From assembly GCA_026025075.1 (NCBI GenBank), contig JAPEUI010000016.1, positions 62,001-126,000 on the forward strand: a stretch of 64,000 bases of DNA. Direction: 5' to 3'. The notes under the pieces are model-generated. The model made no database searches. It was not told where the DNA came from and saw only the letters and a program-made list of their open reading frames with translations. This DNA comes from Vezdaea acicularis (Eukaryota). This document shows positions 11,523 through 23,162 of the stretch, piece by piece. Positions within the stretch are counted from its first letter, which is position 1. Each line of letters starts with the position of its first letter. The position numbers and the translations under genes were made by a program.

Positions 11523-13307
11523 CGACGAAATTTGAGAGGTCAGCTCGAGCTGCATGGTCACAAAAGTATAGCGCTGCATTTGCGGGAGTTTTGCGAACTG
11601 GACAGCATTTGGGATAGGGCTCATCAGGCGTAAGGGTGGTTATAGATGGGGTCCGGCAAAGCTTTCATTGCCAAACGTAAACGGCGTTTACCGATCTAAG
11701 AGGTTGTGATTAACTTTTTCGCATCCCGGAGGGCACAGATAGGGGCATTGCTCCCCATGCGTCCGGCGGAGAACACACCATCCTGTTCCACACTCGCGCT
11801 CGCCAGGCAAGAGGTAAGAAACGCGCCCTGGTTCACATATGGTTTGCGCTTCTGCCTTCCCGAGAAGGTTCCTTGCATGCTTCCAAACGTTCTCCCCTTT
11901 GTTCTCCGGATCGAATCCGAGTGGAGGAGCAGGGGTCTCGCGGGATGGCGGCATTGGGGCCATGTCAGTCCTTCTTCGAGAGATATGGGGTCTCTCTTTC
12001 TGGCAGGAACGGGTCGAAGCAGGCGGGTGGCGGTTTCTGGAAGCGGATGCCCGAGCTAAGGGAAGCACAGTAAGGAAATTGTCGCAGAGCCCGTGTTGGA
12101 TCCGCCAGAGCGGAACCTTTTTGCCCTCACCGTGGCCCAAGCACGTTTGACCGGTTTGTCGACGAATTCATTGTCGGCGATTTCGGGCCAGTGTCTCCGT
12201 CAGCGATCTTACCCCGTCTCGTGATGATAGACGCGGAGATAATGTGACGGTTCCATACTTTATAGAGTCGGGTCGACGATCAGGCATAGAGGGAATGGCG
12301 GCGACGGGTGCCGGAGCGCATCCATCCGGCCGAAGTTCGGCGACCTTGAGCGAAAATGGCCTTCGCGCACCTCTCCGCCCTTTGAGGTGGGGCAGCAATA
12401 CAACCCAACTGCAGTGATGCCCAAGTTTGTGTGGAGCGCGCACAGCGCCGCTTTTGTGGCGCATGACCGCCTGATTCGCCAACGGCAAGTGACACAGGCA
12501 AAGGGCGCAAGGGCGCGTGGTGGGGAACGGAAAATCACACGCTGCTTCCCACGCCCCCTTCACCCGCCGCTTCTCACGCCACTTCTCCAGGGGCCCCACG
12601 CGAGCAAAAGAATATGGGCTGGTTCGACTTTCCTCCCTTTGCAGAAAACCAATATTATCCAGTGCAAGAGCCGACGTCTCCCGATTGCACGCTCAACAAA
12701 AAAGTTTGTTGCGGTCAAGCGCGCAATCCCTCGATTGGGGAGCACTTAGTCGCACGCCGATCGGGTTGCGCGAAAGTCAATGTGACGCGCTACAGTCAGC
12801 CTGATGCGATATGGCTCGCAGCCTGATGTCTATGGGGGGGGGGGTGTCTGTCACCGTGCTCATGATTCCGGATCCACGGGATACGGAGCAATGGTAGGTG
12901 AGAGTGAAGTGAACAATTCGAAGGCAGGAAAGGGACAAAAGATCAGGGGAAAAGCATGGGCACTCCGGACATCACGTTATGACCGCATTCTCTGATCGAC
13001 GGGCTTTGCCCTGCGGGTGGCCATTCTGCCTCTCTCGCCTTCTCTTAATCTGAAAAAGCTGAGGTGACGACGGTAGGCGCGCCGCCACCACGCCGTGTGT
13101 CGTGTCCATATCGTTGTTGCTGGGACTCCCCTGCTGCGGGCCGCAGCAGCGTGGTACATGTAGCTGTGAAATTTACGGATCAATTGGGAGACATCATCGA
13201 ATATCAGCCTCCACATGGCCGCACATGCAGAGCGAGAGCCTGAATTCCTCTTTGTGTCTCTGCAGCCGAGGGTCGGGGGCAGTGGGCGTGGTACGCGAGG
13301 GCGGAAA

Positions 13308-13385
13308 GGCCGCCATTGGTTACCCACCTCTGCGCTGATATAGGCCACCATTGGTTACCCACTACTGCGCTAATATAGGCCACCA
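13308..13385. repeat. Tandem 35-bp direct repeat (2.2 copies), each full copy containing ATTGG (reverse CCAAT box)
   Basis: ggccgccattggttacccacctctgcgctgatata / ggccaccattggttacccactactgcgctaatata / ggccacca. Lies about 760 bp upstream of the 14143 start codon. Confidence 0.85.
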
Positions 13386-14142
13386 CCTCACGGGTCTGGC
13401 GAGGTCTGACTCGCCAGAGAACAACCCACCCATCTCCACTTTCACTTCCTCCCTTCTCAGCTCTCGCTTTCTTAACACCTAACTGTGGCCCGTTCGTCAT
13501 CATCCGCTTTAATTCTCACGTTGTCACTGTCAACCGCCCGACGACAAGAGCGAGCCGTCTCTTGATCAAAGCGATACCGATCCTGTACTTCCTATCTCCA
13601 TCGGACTGTCGTAGCTTTCTGGGGACCTGCTGCCTGTCGTATCCCGTCTTCGAAGAGAAGAAATCCCGCTTTTGGTCCAAGCTCAAGGTGCCTGACCTGA
13701 CCTTATTAGACCGCTCCCTTCCCCACTGGACAATTCTTGAACCTCGTTGCCCCCGTCCGCCGTCTTGCATGTAAAGTGGCCGTCGTGCAAGGTCTGCTGT
13801 CTGGATCCACGTTGCTGCTGCTTAGGCTGCCTGCTATCTCCTAGAACCAAGTACCTATCCCACCCATCCAGTGCTCCTTTTTGTATCAGGGAATCTATCG
13901 GTCCATCGATACTCAGAACCAGTCTCTGCTTGCCCGGCTCCAGGATCGCCTTTCATTGAGGACTCAGCCTTGTTTTGTCCGTGGTTGCTCCAGTGGTACT
14001 ACACGTGGCCTACATTGTCGAACTCAGCCTTGAGACTGATTGAATACACATCCCAATTCCTCGAGTTACAAAATTGTCTGCCTGCTTTCTCCGGAGTCCA
14101 CAGAATCTGACGTCCAGTCCGTCTCAAAGTGCATACTCCAGA

Positions 14143-15068
14143 ATGGCTAGCAGAGTTCCGATGAGTCAGTTCTTTCATAATGAAGAGGGTATCGACCGAG
14201 AGGTCATTACTACTGAGGTCCCTCGTTTTCTTGGGCGAGATGCAACTGTTCGGCCGGCCCAAATGGGAGTATGCAAACTACCGGATAGCTGCTACACATG
14301 CTGGAAGAGTTGTTAATATTGGCTTAGGGTCGAAGAGGATATCTCATTACAGCTTTCCGGGACTTGACAACCGTGTGTCTGACCCACCCTATCTCGTTTG
14401 AACCCCCCTTTCACTAACAATTCGGCCCAAGGCACAACTAGAGGACATAAAACAAGTTTCGGCCAGATACTTAAGGGAGGCTCATACGACACGTCTTCAA
14501 GGAAGAAGCTTAGGTAATTGCTGACCGAGACTCCTTACTTCTTTGCAAACCTAACATTGGCTCAGTACCTTACAATCAGTCGGATACCCTTCGTGGGCGT
14601 GGCGACCCCCAACCACCAGCACCAGGAGCCTATCCACCGAATGATTATTATGCGACTGGGGGTAGAACAGATGCCCAAGGTCGAGCATATACTGGTGCAG
14701 GCGCAGCTTACTCATATGAAAGTAGAGGACCAGCCCCGACATATGGATCAGACAACTATGTACCAACAGCTGCGCCGCAAGGCAACACCGGGTGGGCTCC
14801 ACCCTCAGGCGCGAACTATGATCAATACTCTGGTCAGGGCTATGATCCACGCGGAGCAGCTGGAATCCCTAGGAACTACGATGATGGATCAGAAGGGTAT
14901 AACCAGCGTGATAGACCCAACAATCCTCAAGGCCCGAATGGACAAGGAACTTACTCTATCGATCCCAGGCGTTACATTGATCCGCGTACCGGCCAGCCCT
15001 ACATTGATTCCCGAACTGGTTTGCCGTATATTGATCCCCGGACTGGCCAGCCTTTCAGAGCTGTGTGA
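14143..15068 (+). CDS. RfeG-like fungal protein: conserved N-terminal domain plus Tyr/Gly/Pro-rich tail (4 exons)
   Basis: Exons 14143-14268, 14328-14372, 14432-14513, 14566-15068. N-terminus FFHNEEGIDREVITTEVPRFLGRDATVRP..GYLITAFRDLTTAQLEDIKQVSARY resembles the RfeG-family consensus (GIDREVITADICRYLGNDALVRP..GY.ITAYR.LT). The ORF-track frame 14518-15072 is the wrong frame. Confidence 0.75.
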
Positions 15069-16783
15069 ATAAGCAAGTATCTGGGATCAAGGTACTTAGC
15101 TTTGCTCCCACGATCGCTACTAGATCGATCTGATACGGAAAGCGCCTTATGCAATCTGCTCCTTTATTCTGAGTATCGATGCCCCTTGGACTTGTTAACG
15201 ACTGCGATCTTTTAAACCCAATGGCTTCTTTTTACAACCTGTCTATATTTAAGAGATTTTCAATCATGGTTGATGATTTCCATCGAGAATTGATAATCGT
15301 TAAGGATTACCCGTGCCTGGATCCCTAGGATTCGCTGATCCGAATTTCACATTTCAATAACTGACGATGCCGGATTCGACACTGGTGATGGCTTCGGATT
15401 CCCTCAAGCTGGGTTCTACTCAGGGAGCACTGTCATGAGATTCGGTTGTGCTAAAAATAATCCCTCCGGCCTGGCTACTTTTTCTACGCGGTGTCCCTAA
15501 TCTTGTCCTCAGGTCTCCATAAGCACCATCTTGAGCAGATGGTGCTATGGGAAGCACATGATCCATAAAGTATGTTCTTATTGCTCAGCTTGGATGATCC
15601 TAAAGTTCGCGATTGCCGCAAATTCAAGCTCGAGCAGCGGTCGCGGATAAGATCACATGATTACCAAGTGTAGGGATGTCTGGGACAGGGATTTTTTTCT
15701 TCGACGTTCGCGCTTTTGTGTCTCTGTCATTCGTTTTTCTAGTACCTGCTGAATAGACGACGGAGCTTTCCAAGCATCGGGGACATCATCTTTCTGGGCA
15801 TGTATATACTGCAGGGTTCTTTTCTCGTGAGAAGGAATTGAGAGGAAGTCCAGTTGGGTCTTGTGGTTTGGTTCTTCGGAGGGGGCTTCTTCTTATCATA
15901 CTCGGCGCACTGTGTCTTTTAGTCGTAAATCAAATTCTTTGGTCTCATTTGTCTGCCGCTACTTCATCATCTCCCCCCCACAGACGCCGTATTGGTATAT
16001 AAATCTTTTTGGTCTACCCACACTACCGCTCCCTCGCCCTCCCGTGCTTGGCCCGAGCTCCTTCTTTTTCCGTCTGTGATGTACCCACGTCGGCTACCTC
16101 GCGTGGTGGATTGGTGGTGTAACCGCTTTGTAATCCCCTTACTATACTTCCCCCCCCCCTCTTATTTTCCCCTCCACAACCCCTCCCCCCCCCACCACAA
16201 TCCTCCACACCCCTCCCGCAGTCCATCCACCCCCCCCTAGCATCTCCCATCCCTCCTGAACCATATCCTAACCTAGCCTGGCAGATTGCCGCGCACGCGC
16301 CTTTCCCCCTTCTCCAGCCGGTTTTTTTTCTCTGCATACCGTTCGGCTTGTCGGATAGCTGGCTGGGGAGGGATGCCTTGTTAGGGAGTGGAGTGTTGGG
16401 GAGTGGAGTGTTGGGGAGAGGTAGTGGTGGTTCTGCGGGATTAGTGGGGAGGGGGTAGGGGTTTGTTAGTTTTTCCCTGGGTTGAGTCCGGGAAGGGGAA
16501 GGGGGGTTGTGTGGTAGAACAAGGGAGAGGAAGGATGGTATGGTAGTATTGCTGGGGTTATTCACGAATTAGAAATCTTTTCGCGAGATAGGGTCAGGGC
16601 GCGTGGATTGGATTGTTCTATAAGCTACGCTTGCTACCCAGGTAATCCGAACACATTCCACTTGTTCTTGAAAAGGGGCATGTATCGCAAGTTCCCCCTA
16701 CGCCCCGCCCCCCCTGCCCACGTTACCCACATTACGCCCCTGGCCCCCCCTTCTCCCTTATTATATCCCGGAAAGCAGCAGGC

Positions 16784-18292
16784 TTACGTCTCACCGGCAT
16801 CTACAACCCCCTCCGCCTCCTCAAACACCAGCGCTAACCCGTCGTCTCCAGCCGTGACGGCTCTCGTGACCCTCTCCCCTTTCAGGAGCACAAAGGCCAG
16901 GATGCCGCCTCCCTCGCCATCGCCCCTATGACCCCTATACGTCCTAACGAGGCCACTTTTCTCCAGCTCGCCGACGACCGCAGTGCCCACACCCCCCGCA
17001 GTCGCGGTCGCAGCCGTACTAGCAGCCGTGGGCGTACCGCCCCAGAGGTCCCAAACTCGTAGCACGCCATCCATACCCGCGCTGACGAGTTTCTCGGAGC
17101 CCTCGAACTTAAGCTGGACGACGGCCTCTTCTTCGTGGGCGCCCGTCACGCGGCGGCGGAGGGAGAAGTTCTGACTGGCGTCGAAGAGGCAGAGTGAGCC
17201 GTCTGCGCTGCCGGACGCGAGGAGCCTCCGCGCTGGCAAATTGGGGTGGGGGGGGGAGAAAGCGAGGGTTTCGATGCTGGAGAGGCCACCGGAGAGGGTA
17301 TGCAGGATCTGGCCTGCGGGCGGGGTCTTTTGTTTTGATTTCGATTTTGGCTTGGAGGGTCCGCCTGAAGCGGCGCTGGAAAGGCGTGGGATGGAGACGA
17401 GCTTGATGACGCCCCCGGCACCTCCGACGGCGACTATGTCCTGTGTTGGCGCGATGGCGACGCTGTATAGACCTCCGTCAACGGCGAACCGTGCGTCTGC
17501 GGCTGTGAGGGCGACGGCGGCTTGGCCGCCGCTGGAGACGAGGCCTTGGGCGGCGGCTTCGCTGAAGACGTCCCAGACGTACAAACTCCCTTCTTCGCAG
17601 ACGGTGGCGAGGAGGAGCCCGTCGGCGCTCCAGGCGCCGGCTGTGACGGGCGCGGTGTGTAGGTAGTAGGCTTGTTGTATGTCGAGGCTTGAGGGCGTGC
17701 AGCTGTATACCCAGACGCTTCCGTCCGAGGCGCCGAGGGCGAATGTGTCTGGGTGGGCGGGAGAGGGGGATGGGAGGAGGAAGTTGATTTCGGGGACTTC
17801 GGTGGTGGATGTTATGAGAGTATATTGCGGGGCGGTGGTGGTGGAAGAGGGGTCGAGGTGGTAGCTGCGGAGCTGGCCGTCGAGGCCGGCAGTGAGGAGG
17901 TAAGAACCGGAGGGGTAGGTGAACCCTAGGGCAGTGACAGAGTCTGTGTGGCCGGTGAACTTTTGGAGGGGTTCGAGGAGCTCGCTCCCCTGCGGAGTGC
18001 TCCCTTTAGGGAGGAGAAAGGTGTATGCCGTATGGTCGCCGCTGCCGGTCGCAATTAGAGGTATGGTGGGGTGCTGTGCTATAGAGTATATGCTGTCGTT
18101 GTGTGAATCAAAATGCGCAATAGGTTGTTTGGCCAGCGGGTCTGATATCAGGTCGTCGTTGCCGTCTTCGTCGGCGTCAGAGTCCATATCAACGTCCGAA
18201 TCGCCGGTGATCTCTTCGGCGGCTTCATCGGCGTCAAGCGCTTCGGGGACGTCTTCTTCTTCTGGATCTGCTGGGGGGTTGAGCGATGCCAT
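16784..18292 (-). CDS. SQT1: WD40 ribosome assembly chaperone Sqt1 (uL16/Rpl10 chaperone; AAMP homolog)
   Basis: Acidic N-terminus, then AHFDSHNDSIYSIAQHP, LLTAGLDGQLR, EVPEINFL, ALGASDGSVWVY, YLHTAPVTAGAWSADG, YRGHRGDGEGGGIL and VTAGDDG. Confidence 0.85.
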   Translation of the reverse strand: MASLNPPADPEEEDVPEALDADEAAEEITGDSDVDMDSDADEDGNDDLISDPLAKQPIAHFDSHNDSIYSIAQHPTIPLIATGSGDHTAYTFLLPKGSTPQGSELLEPLQKFTGHTDSVTALGFTYPSGSYLLTAGLDGQLRSYHLDPSSTTTAPQYTLITSTTEVPEINFLLPSPSPAHPDTFALGASDGSVWVYSCTPSSLDIQQAYYLHTAPVTAGAWSADGLLLATVCEEGSLYVWDVFSEAAAQGLVSSGGQAAVALTAADARFAVDGGLYSVAIAPTQDIVAVGGAGGVIKLVSIPRLSSAASGGPSKPKSKSKQKTPPAGQILHTLSGGLSSIETLAFSPPHPNLPARRLLASGSADGSLCLFDASQNFSLRRRVTGAHEEEAVVQLKFEGSEKLVSAGMDGVLRVWDLWGGTPTAASTAATATAGGVGTAVVGELEKSGLVRTYRGHRGDGEGGGILAFVLLKGERVTRAVTAGDDGLALVFEEAEGVVDAGET

Positions 18293-18803
18293 CTTGTAGA
18301 GTAGAATGAGGAAATTGGGGGTTCTGGTGAAATGACAAGGCGAGGGTCTGGAGGGGCAGTCCAGATTTATGAGGTCGGACTCGGCTTAGAAATACTGCAT
18401 GGAGGGGCATCGCGGTCTTTCGAAATTTTGGGAAGCCTTGGCGGTGACGCACCCCTGTTCCAAATGCGACGACTGTGCCAGATGTACTTGTGCATGAATA
18501 CAGTACTCGTACCACGATGAAATAAATTCATGGTCGTCTGAATATCAATCAAGATATAATTGTGGATGTCCCGATATCTGGCTGGTAGTAGTGACTTCGG
18601 CCTTTGCTGTAGACGGCAGCGAAATTCTTCGGCGGTCTGCCATATGTACGTTGAGATTACAAGCCATTAAGCCCTTGTTAGAGCATTGAAGAGGCAAAGA
18701 AGCTCCATGCGCCGAAGAGGGGCGCGTTAAGCCTGCAGATGCCTTGCTAATATGTACAGTATGATACAGATCACTGACATGATACAATCATGCTGCCACG
18801 GCG

Positions 18804-19246
18804 TCACCGAGCTTCCTCTACCACAGGATCTCCTCTCCCGACTGTTTCCTGATCTCCGACAGCTGGCTTCCCAGCGTAGAGCTGTCCGCTAGTCTTTCCC
18901 GCCTTGTCTGAGCCCCCTTCAAGCTCTGTGCTCACTGCAACAGGCGCGTTTCCCCGGAACCTTTTCCTCATATCGACCAATCCGCGCTTGCACTGGCCGT
19001 ACCCATGTTTCAGTTGCTGACACTGTGTAGGGAGTGTCTCGAGGAGTGGTGGTCGGAGGCAGTCGACGGGCTTGTTGCGGTGGACCATCACGCAGTCGGA
19101 GTTCTGAAGGCACGCGGCGAGCGCACTCCCTTTGAGATCTGGTTAGTGGCACGGAATAAAACGTCCAGGAAGATTCCTCCACGTTGGGGCAGTTGCTTCT
19201 TGGATTCGGAAAGAGGCTTACTTATGTCCTTGCAAGAGCTCGGCAT
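18804..19246 (-). CDS. PET191: Cytochrome c oxidase assembly factor Pet191/COA5 (2 exons)
   Basis: Exon 19222-19246 (MPSSCKDI), intron 19130-19221, exon 18804-19129 (RSALAACLQNSDCVMVHRNKPVDCLRPPL..CQQLKHGYGQCKRGLVDMRKRFRGN), giving the Cx9C pattern of this family. Confidence 0.92.
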
Positions 19247-19897
19247 GGTTTCCCAAGGTCAGACTCCCCACCCAGCAGTTTGCTGTAGCTATGTAACTCT
19301 TGGAGCCGCAACGTTTTCACCTTGAAGCGTCCATCTCAGTGGCTAGATTTTTGGCTGGGTTGACGGGTGAAATCATGTCGCTAATTGGCCTGCTTTCCCA
19401 AGCACGTTCAAAGCACGCGCTTTTGGCCTTGGGCCTGGGCCGAACAGTGCAGTAAGCCATTGAAACAACAATTCCCGGGACTCATATTCAAAGAGCTTTT
19501 CGAACGTCTTCAAAGACTACATATTTTGTTTTTGAGCGCTGACTATAGTGCATCTCCAATCACGAGTATTTTCCCCCAATGGAGCCTAGCTAATTCTTAC
19601 CGACCTTTCAAGTTCGCCTTCACATGCGATGACGTTTCACAAAATACCATGGTTGTGATGGCCGTTGAACTGCGCAAAGATGAAGAAAGACGAATCAGAA
19701 AATGAAGCAGAAGGCAATACAATAGTTACAGACCTTCCTTTTTTTATAGCTCAGTCATAGTACGAGTTCGACGCCGCCGCACGGGCTCCTGCAACCATAT
19801 TGAAGCTTTCAATAAAGCTTATCTTATATTTTCACTAGAGCTAGATCCCGGTAAAATGGTAGACAGGACATGAGCCCATAGCGCTTCAACAGGAAAT

Positions 19898-22386
19898 ATG
19901 CCCAGGGTGCCCTTCGTTGGCCGCTTGTTCCTGTAAGAACGCTCCTGCGGCTCACCGCTCTCTTTTGTGTCATGACCCGAGATGCTCTTGTTCTGTGTAT
20001 GGATCGTGTGAGAACATCAGTACAGGTGGAAAATATTATGACCTCTGGCTAACTCTATTATGTGAATCTAGTCGGGAGTACCTTGCGCTCATTTTCTCAT
20101 TCCTCCTCATTGGCCTCGAGGCGCTGGTCAGAGTCATAACGTTAGCCCTTCGTACGTATGCCATAAATTTCTACTTCCTATAGCTATGAATGCGATAACA
20201 TCTGCTCGATCCCTTCGCCGGCCCATTGATCTCTTGGAGCTAACAGTTCAAAGCCGCCCCAATCATACAATGGTTCTATAACCGCTCCCGAACTCTCTAC
20301 AATTCACTCTCTTCACCTCAGGGCAAGAGGAATCGCCACAAAAAGAAAAGTTGGTCCTCAACAATCTTTTCTACGCGTGCATAGCCATACTGACAGTTAA
20401 AAAGATGCTGTCGCTCGCATCCGTGAAGCATCCGACTTTGTCGACATTTGCGCGTTGTTTGGTTATGAGGCCGACGAGCATGTCGTGCAGACTGGCGATG
20501 GGTACCTCTTGGGTTTACACCGTCTAAGCCGAAAGAGGGGAGAAGAGGGGAGGAGGGTCAATAGTGGAGAGGGCTCTTTGTTAAAACCTGTTGTCTATTT
20601 GCATCATGGACTTCTGATGAATAGTGAAGTTTGGGTCTGCTTGACTGAAAAAGAAAGATCTCTTCCATTTGCGCTTCTTGAGAAAGGCTACGACGTCTGG
20701 GTGAGTGGTGATTCTCCTTATTTGAACTAGCACAACAACGGCTACAGCAAACGCACTTCTGTCCCCTCATTGTAGAACTAAAGAACTGACTCCTGCCAGC
20801 TCGGGAACAATCGGGGCAATAAGTACTCGAAGAAATCCACCATTCACTCCCCCACTACCACTGCCTTTTGGGATTTCTCTATGGACCAATTTGCCTTCCA
20901 TGACATTCCTGATAGCATTGGATATATCTTATCAACAACGCGCCAGGTCTCTCTTTCTTTTGTCGGATTTTCTCAGGGCACCGCACAGGCCTTTGCCGCA
21001 CTGGCGATACATCCAGATCTCAATGAAAGAGTGGATGTTTTCATTGCTCTAGCGCCTGCAATGGCCCCTTCAGGCCTTAGCAATGGCTTCGTAGACGCCC
21101 TCGTTAAAGCCTCCCCAGAGGTTATATTCTTAGCTTTCGGGCGCCGCAGCATCCTCAGCTCCGCCAATATGTGGCAGGCTATACTGTATCCTCCCATATT
21201 TGTCTGGATCATCGACTATTCCCTGAAGTTCCTCTTCAATTGGAGGGGCAATAACATTACAGACCACCAAAAGCACGCTGCGTATCCTCACTTGTATTCC
21301 TTCACATCAACAAAAAGTGTCGTACACTGGTTCCAAATCATACGCAACAAAAGCTTTCAGATGTACGACGACGACGTACAAACGCCTCTTAGTTTTGGCG
21401 GGAGTGGAAAGTACTACAAGGTCGCGCGATTTCCCACGAAGAATATTAAAACCCCCATAGTCCTTGTCTATGGCGGAAGCGATAGTCTGGTAGATATCGA
21501 TGTGATGTTGAAACAACTCCCACCTCATACCATTGCGAATAAGGTAACACAGCCCCCCTGGGCATAAGATATGTGCTTAAGCCTTGGCTTTACGCTATCG
21601 ATAATTCTACATGGTACGAACTCAAGCTGACATGTTAGATAGATCTCACATTTTGAACACCTTGATTTTCTTTGGGCCGATGAGGTCGATAAGTTGGTTT
21701 TCCCTCATGTTTTCGACGCCCTTGATTCGTTCGCAAACCCCAACAACGCTAAAGGTAGAGCTCTCGGCTTTAGACCGACTAGATTTGGCGTCTTAACTCC
21801 TGGACTCCCTACCTACTCTGAGGATGAACGTTTTGGCGGGATCGCAGCAACTGCTGCTGGCACCTCTGGAAGTGAAGGGCAGAGGGATTTGCCAGGTTTG
21901 CGGAAGAATTACAAGTCTCGGTTCACAGAAGAAAATCTTGGAAGAGACAATCCTATCTCAGCCCTCGAATCTGTACTCGACGGGTCTGCTTCGCCGACAC
22001 CGTCTAATCCTGCTGCTAGGAGGCGGGCGCGCCTTCAAGATCCCAAGTCAACTCTAGCCTCGGCCTCAGCCGAAGAAAATGACTCTACGAACGTAGCTTC
22101 CGGTGCCCCCCTTTCAGCCGGATCTTGGCTTTCATACAATACGGCGGACGCACCGTTATCGTCCGCTGAGGAAGAAAGAGATAGAAGAGGGAGCACGGCC
22201 GGTCAGCATAGCCTTGATAGACTGAGAAGTGGGAAGCCCGCTTTTGAAGGCGGAGGGATAAGCCTTGGTGCAGGAAAGGCGGTTGGGGGCGTCAGCAAAG
22301 TCGACGACATTGTCGCTGAACCTTTTGAGGACGGCAAAAAGGGTGATGGGAGGAAACGAATTATTAAAAGACGGAAAGTGACTTAG
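19898..22386 (+). CDS. Membrane-anchored acid-lipase-family sterol esterase/lipase (Tgl1/Yeh-like), 6 exons
   Basis: N-terminal TM helix, HVVQTGDGYLLGLHR, VYLHHGLLMNSEVW, GYDVW|LGNNRGNKYS, nucleophile GFSQG, acid GGSDSL and His FEHLDFLW. Approximate exons 19898-19932, 20072-20151, 20253-20349, 20405-20700, 20800-21543, 21643-22386. Confidence 0.9.
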
Positions 22387-23162
22387 AGCTGATGTGCTAA
22401 CACTGAAAGCCTCTCGGCGCTCAAATAACATCAGCCAATGTTGGGGTAGATAGTACGGGTAAGGTGGTGGCGCCCTCTTGGATAAGGTAGTCGACCAACC
22501 TTTCATCTCGCTCGATTTCTGGCTTTCAAGGCTGTTGTGACTTCAATGACCTTCAAATGTCCCTCCACGACTTGCTATTATAGGCTACAACATCCGGAGG
22601 ATATGCTAGGGCCAATTCACTCGGGAAGCCATTAAGCCTGAACGATAGTGTCTCGTCTCAACCTTGCGTTGGAAAATTTACTGCTTTGGTCGCACATATG
22701 TGGACCGAGCCAATCTTGAGACGGCATCCAGAGCGGCAATTGCGAGGTCTGTTCCTGTTTCGAATGGAGTAGATGCGTTCGTGGAGACGCATTCACACCG
22801 ACCATCCCTTCTTGGTATGAGGAATTGGTGACCAACGCGCCTCCTTCATGTTGGAGCTATGAGTCTGATTTCGTACGGAGAATTCTTGCCACTTAAGCCT
22901 GGCTTACCGAAAATTTTGAAGACAAAATAAACTGTTTTAGGGAGGAGCATCCCTTCAGGTGTTGGATTGGCGCTTCTACTCTATAATTGCTTACATTCTA
23001 AGCTTCCTGCATCATTTCGTTGCACTACAAGCTACCTCAACGAGGATTTTTGGATTCTTGGGTCATCATCAGTAGTATACCATTGACACGTTCTAGGTTC
23101 TTATCTTTAAGAGAACGGCCATAGAGTTTATCCCATTCATCTCCGACTCCACAGGCTCGACC

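Noticed and set aside
14518..15072. 184-aa ORF-track protein
   Set aside because: Shadow frame of the last exon of the RfeG-like gene.
16023..16565. 180-aa Pro/Gly-rich ORF
   Set aside because: A by-product of C-rich and G-rich low-complexity tracts, with no domain features.
19747..19780. tRNA-like A box (tagctcagt) and B box (gagttcga)
   Set aside because: The boxes are too close together and no cloverleaf can be formed.
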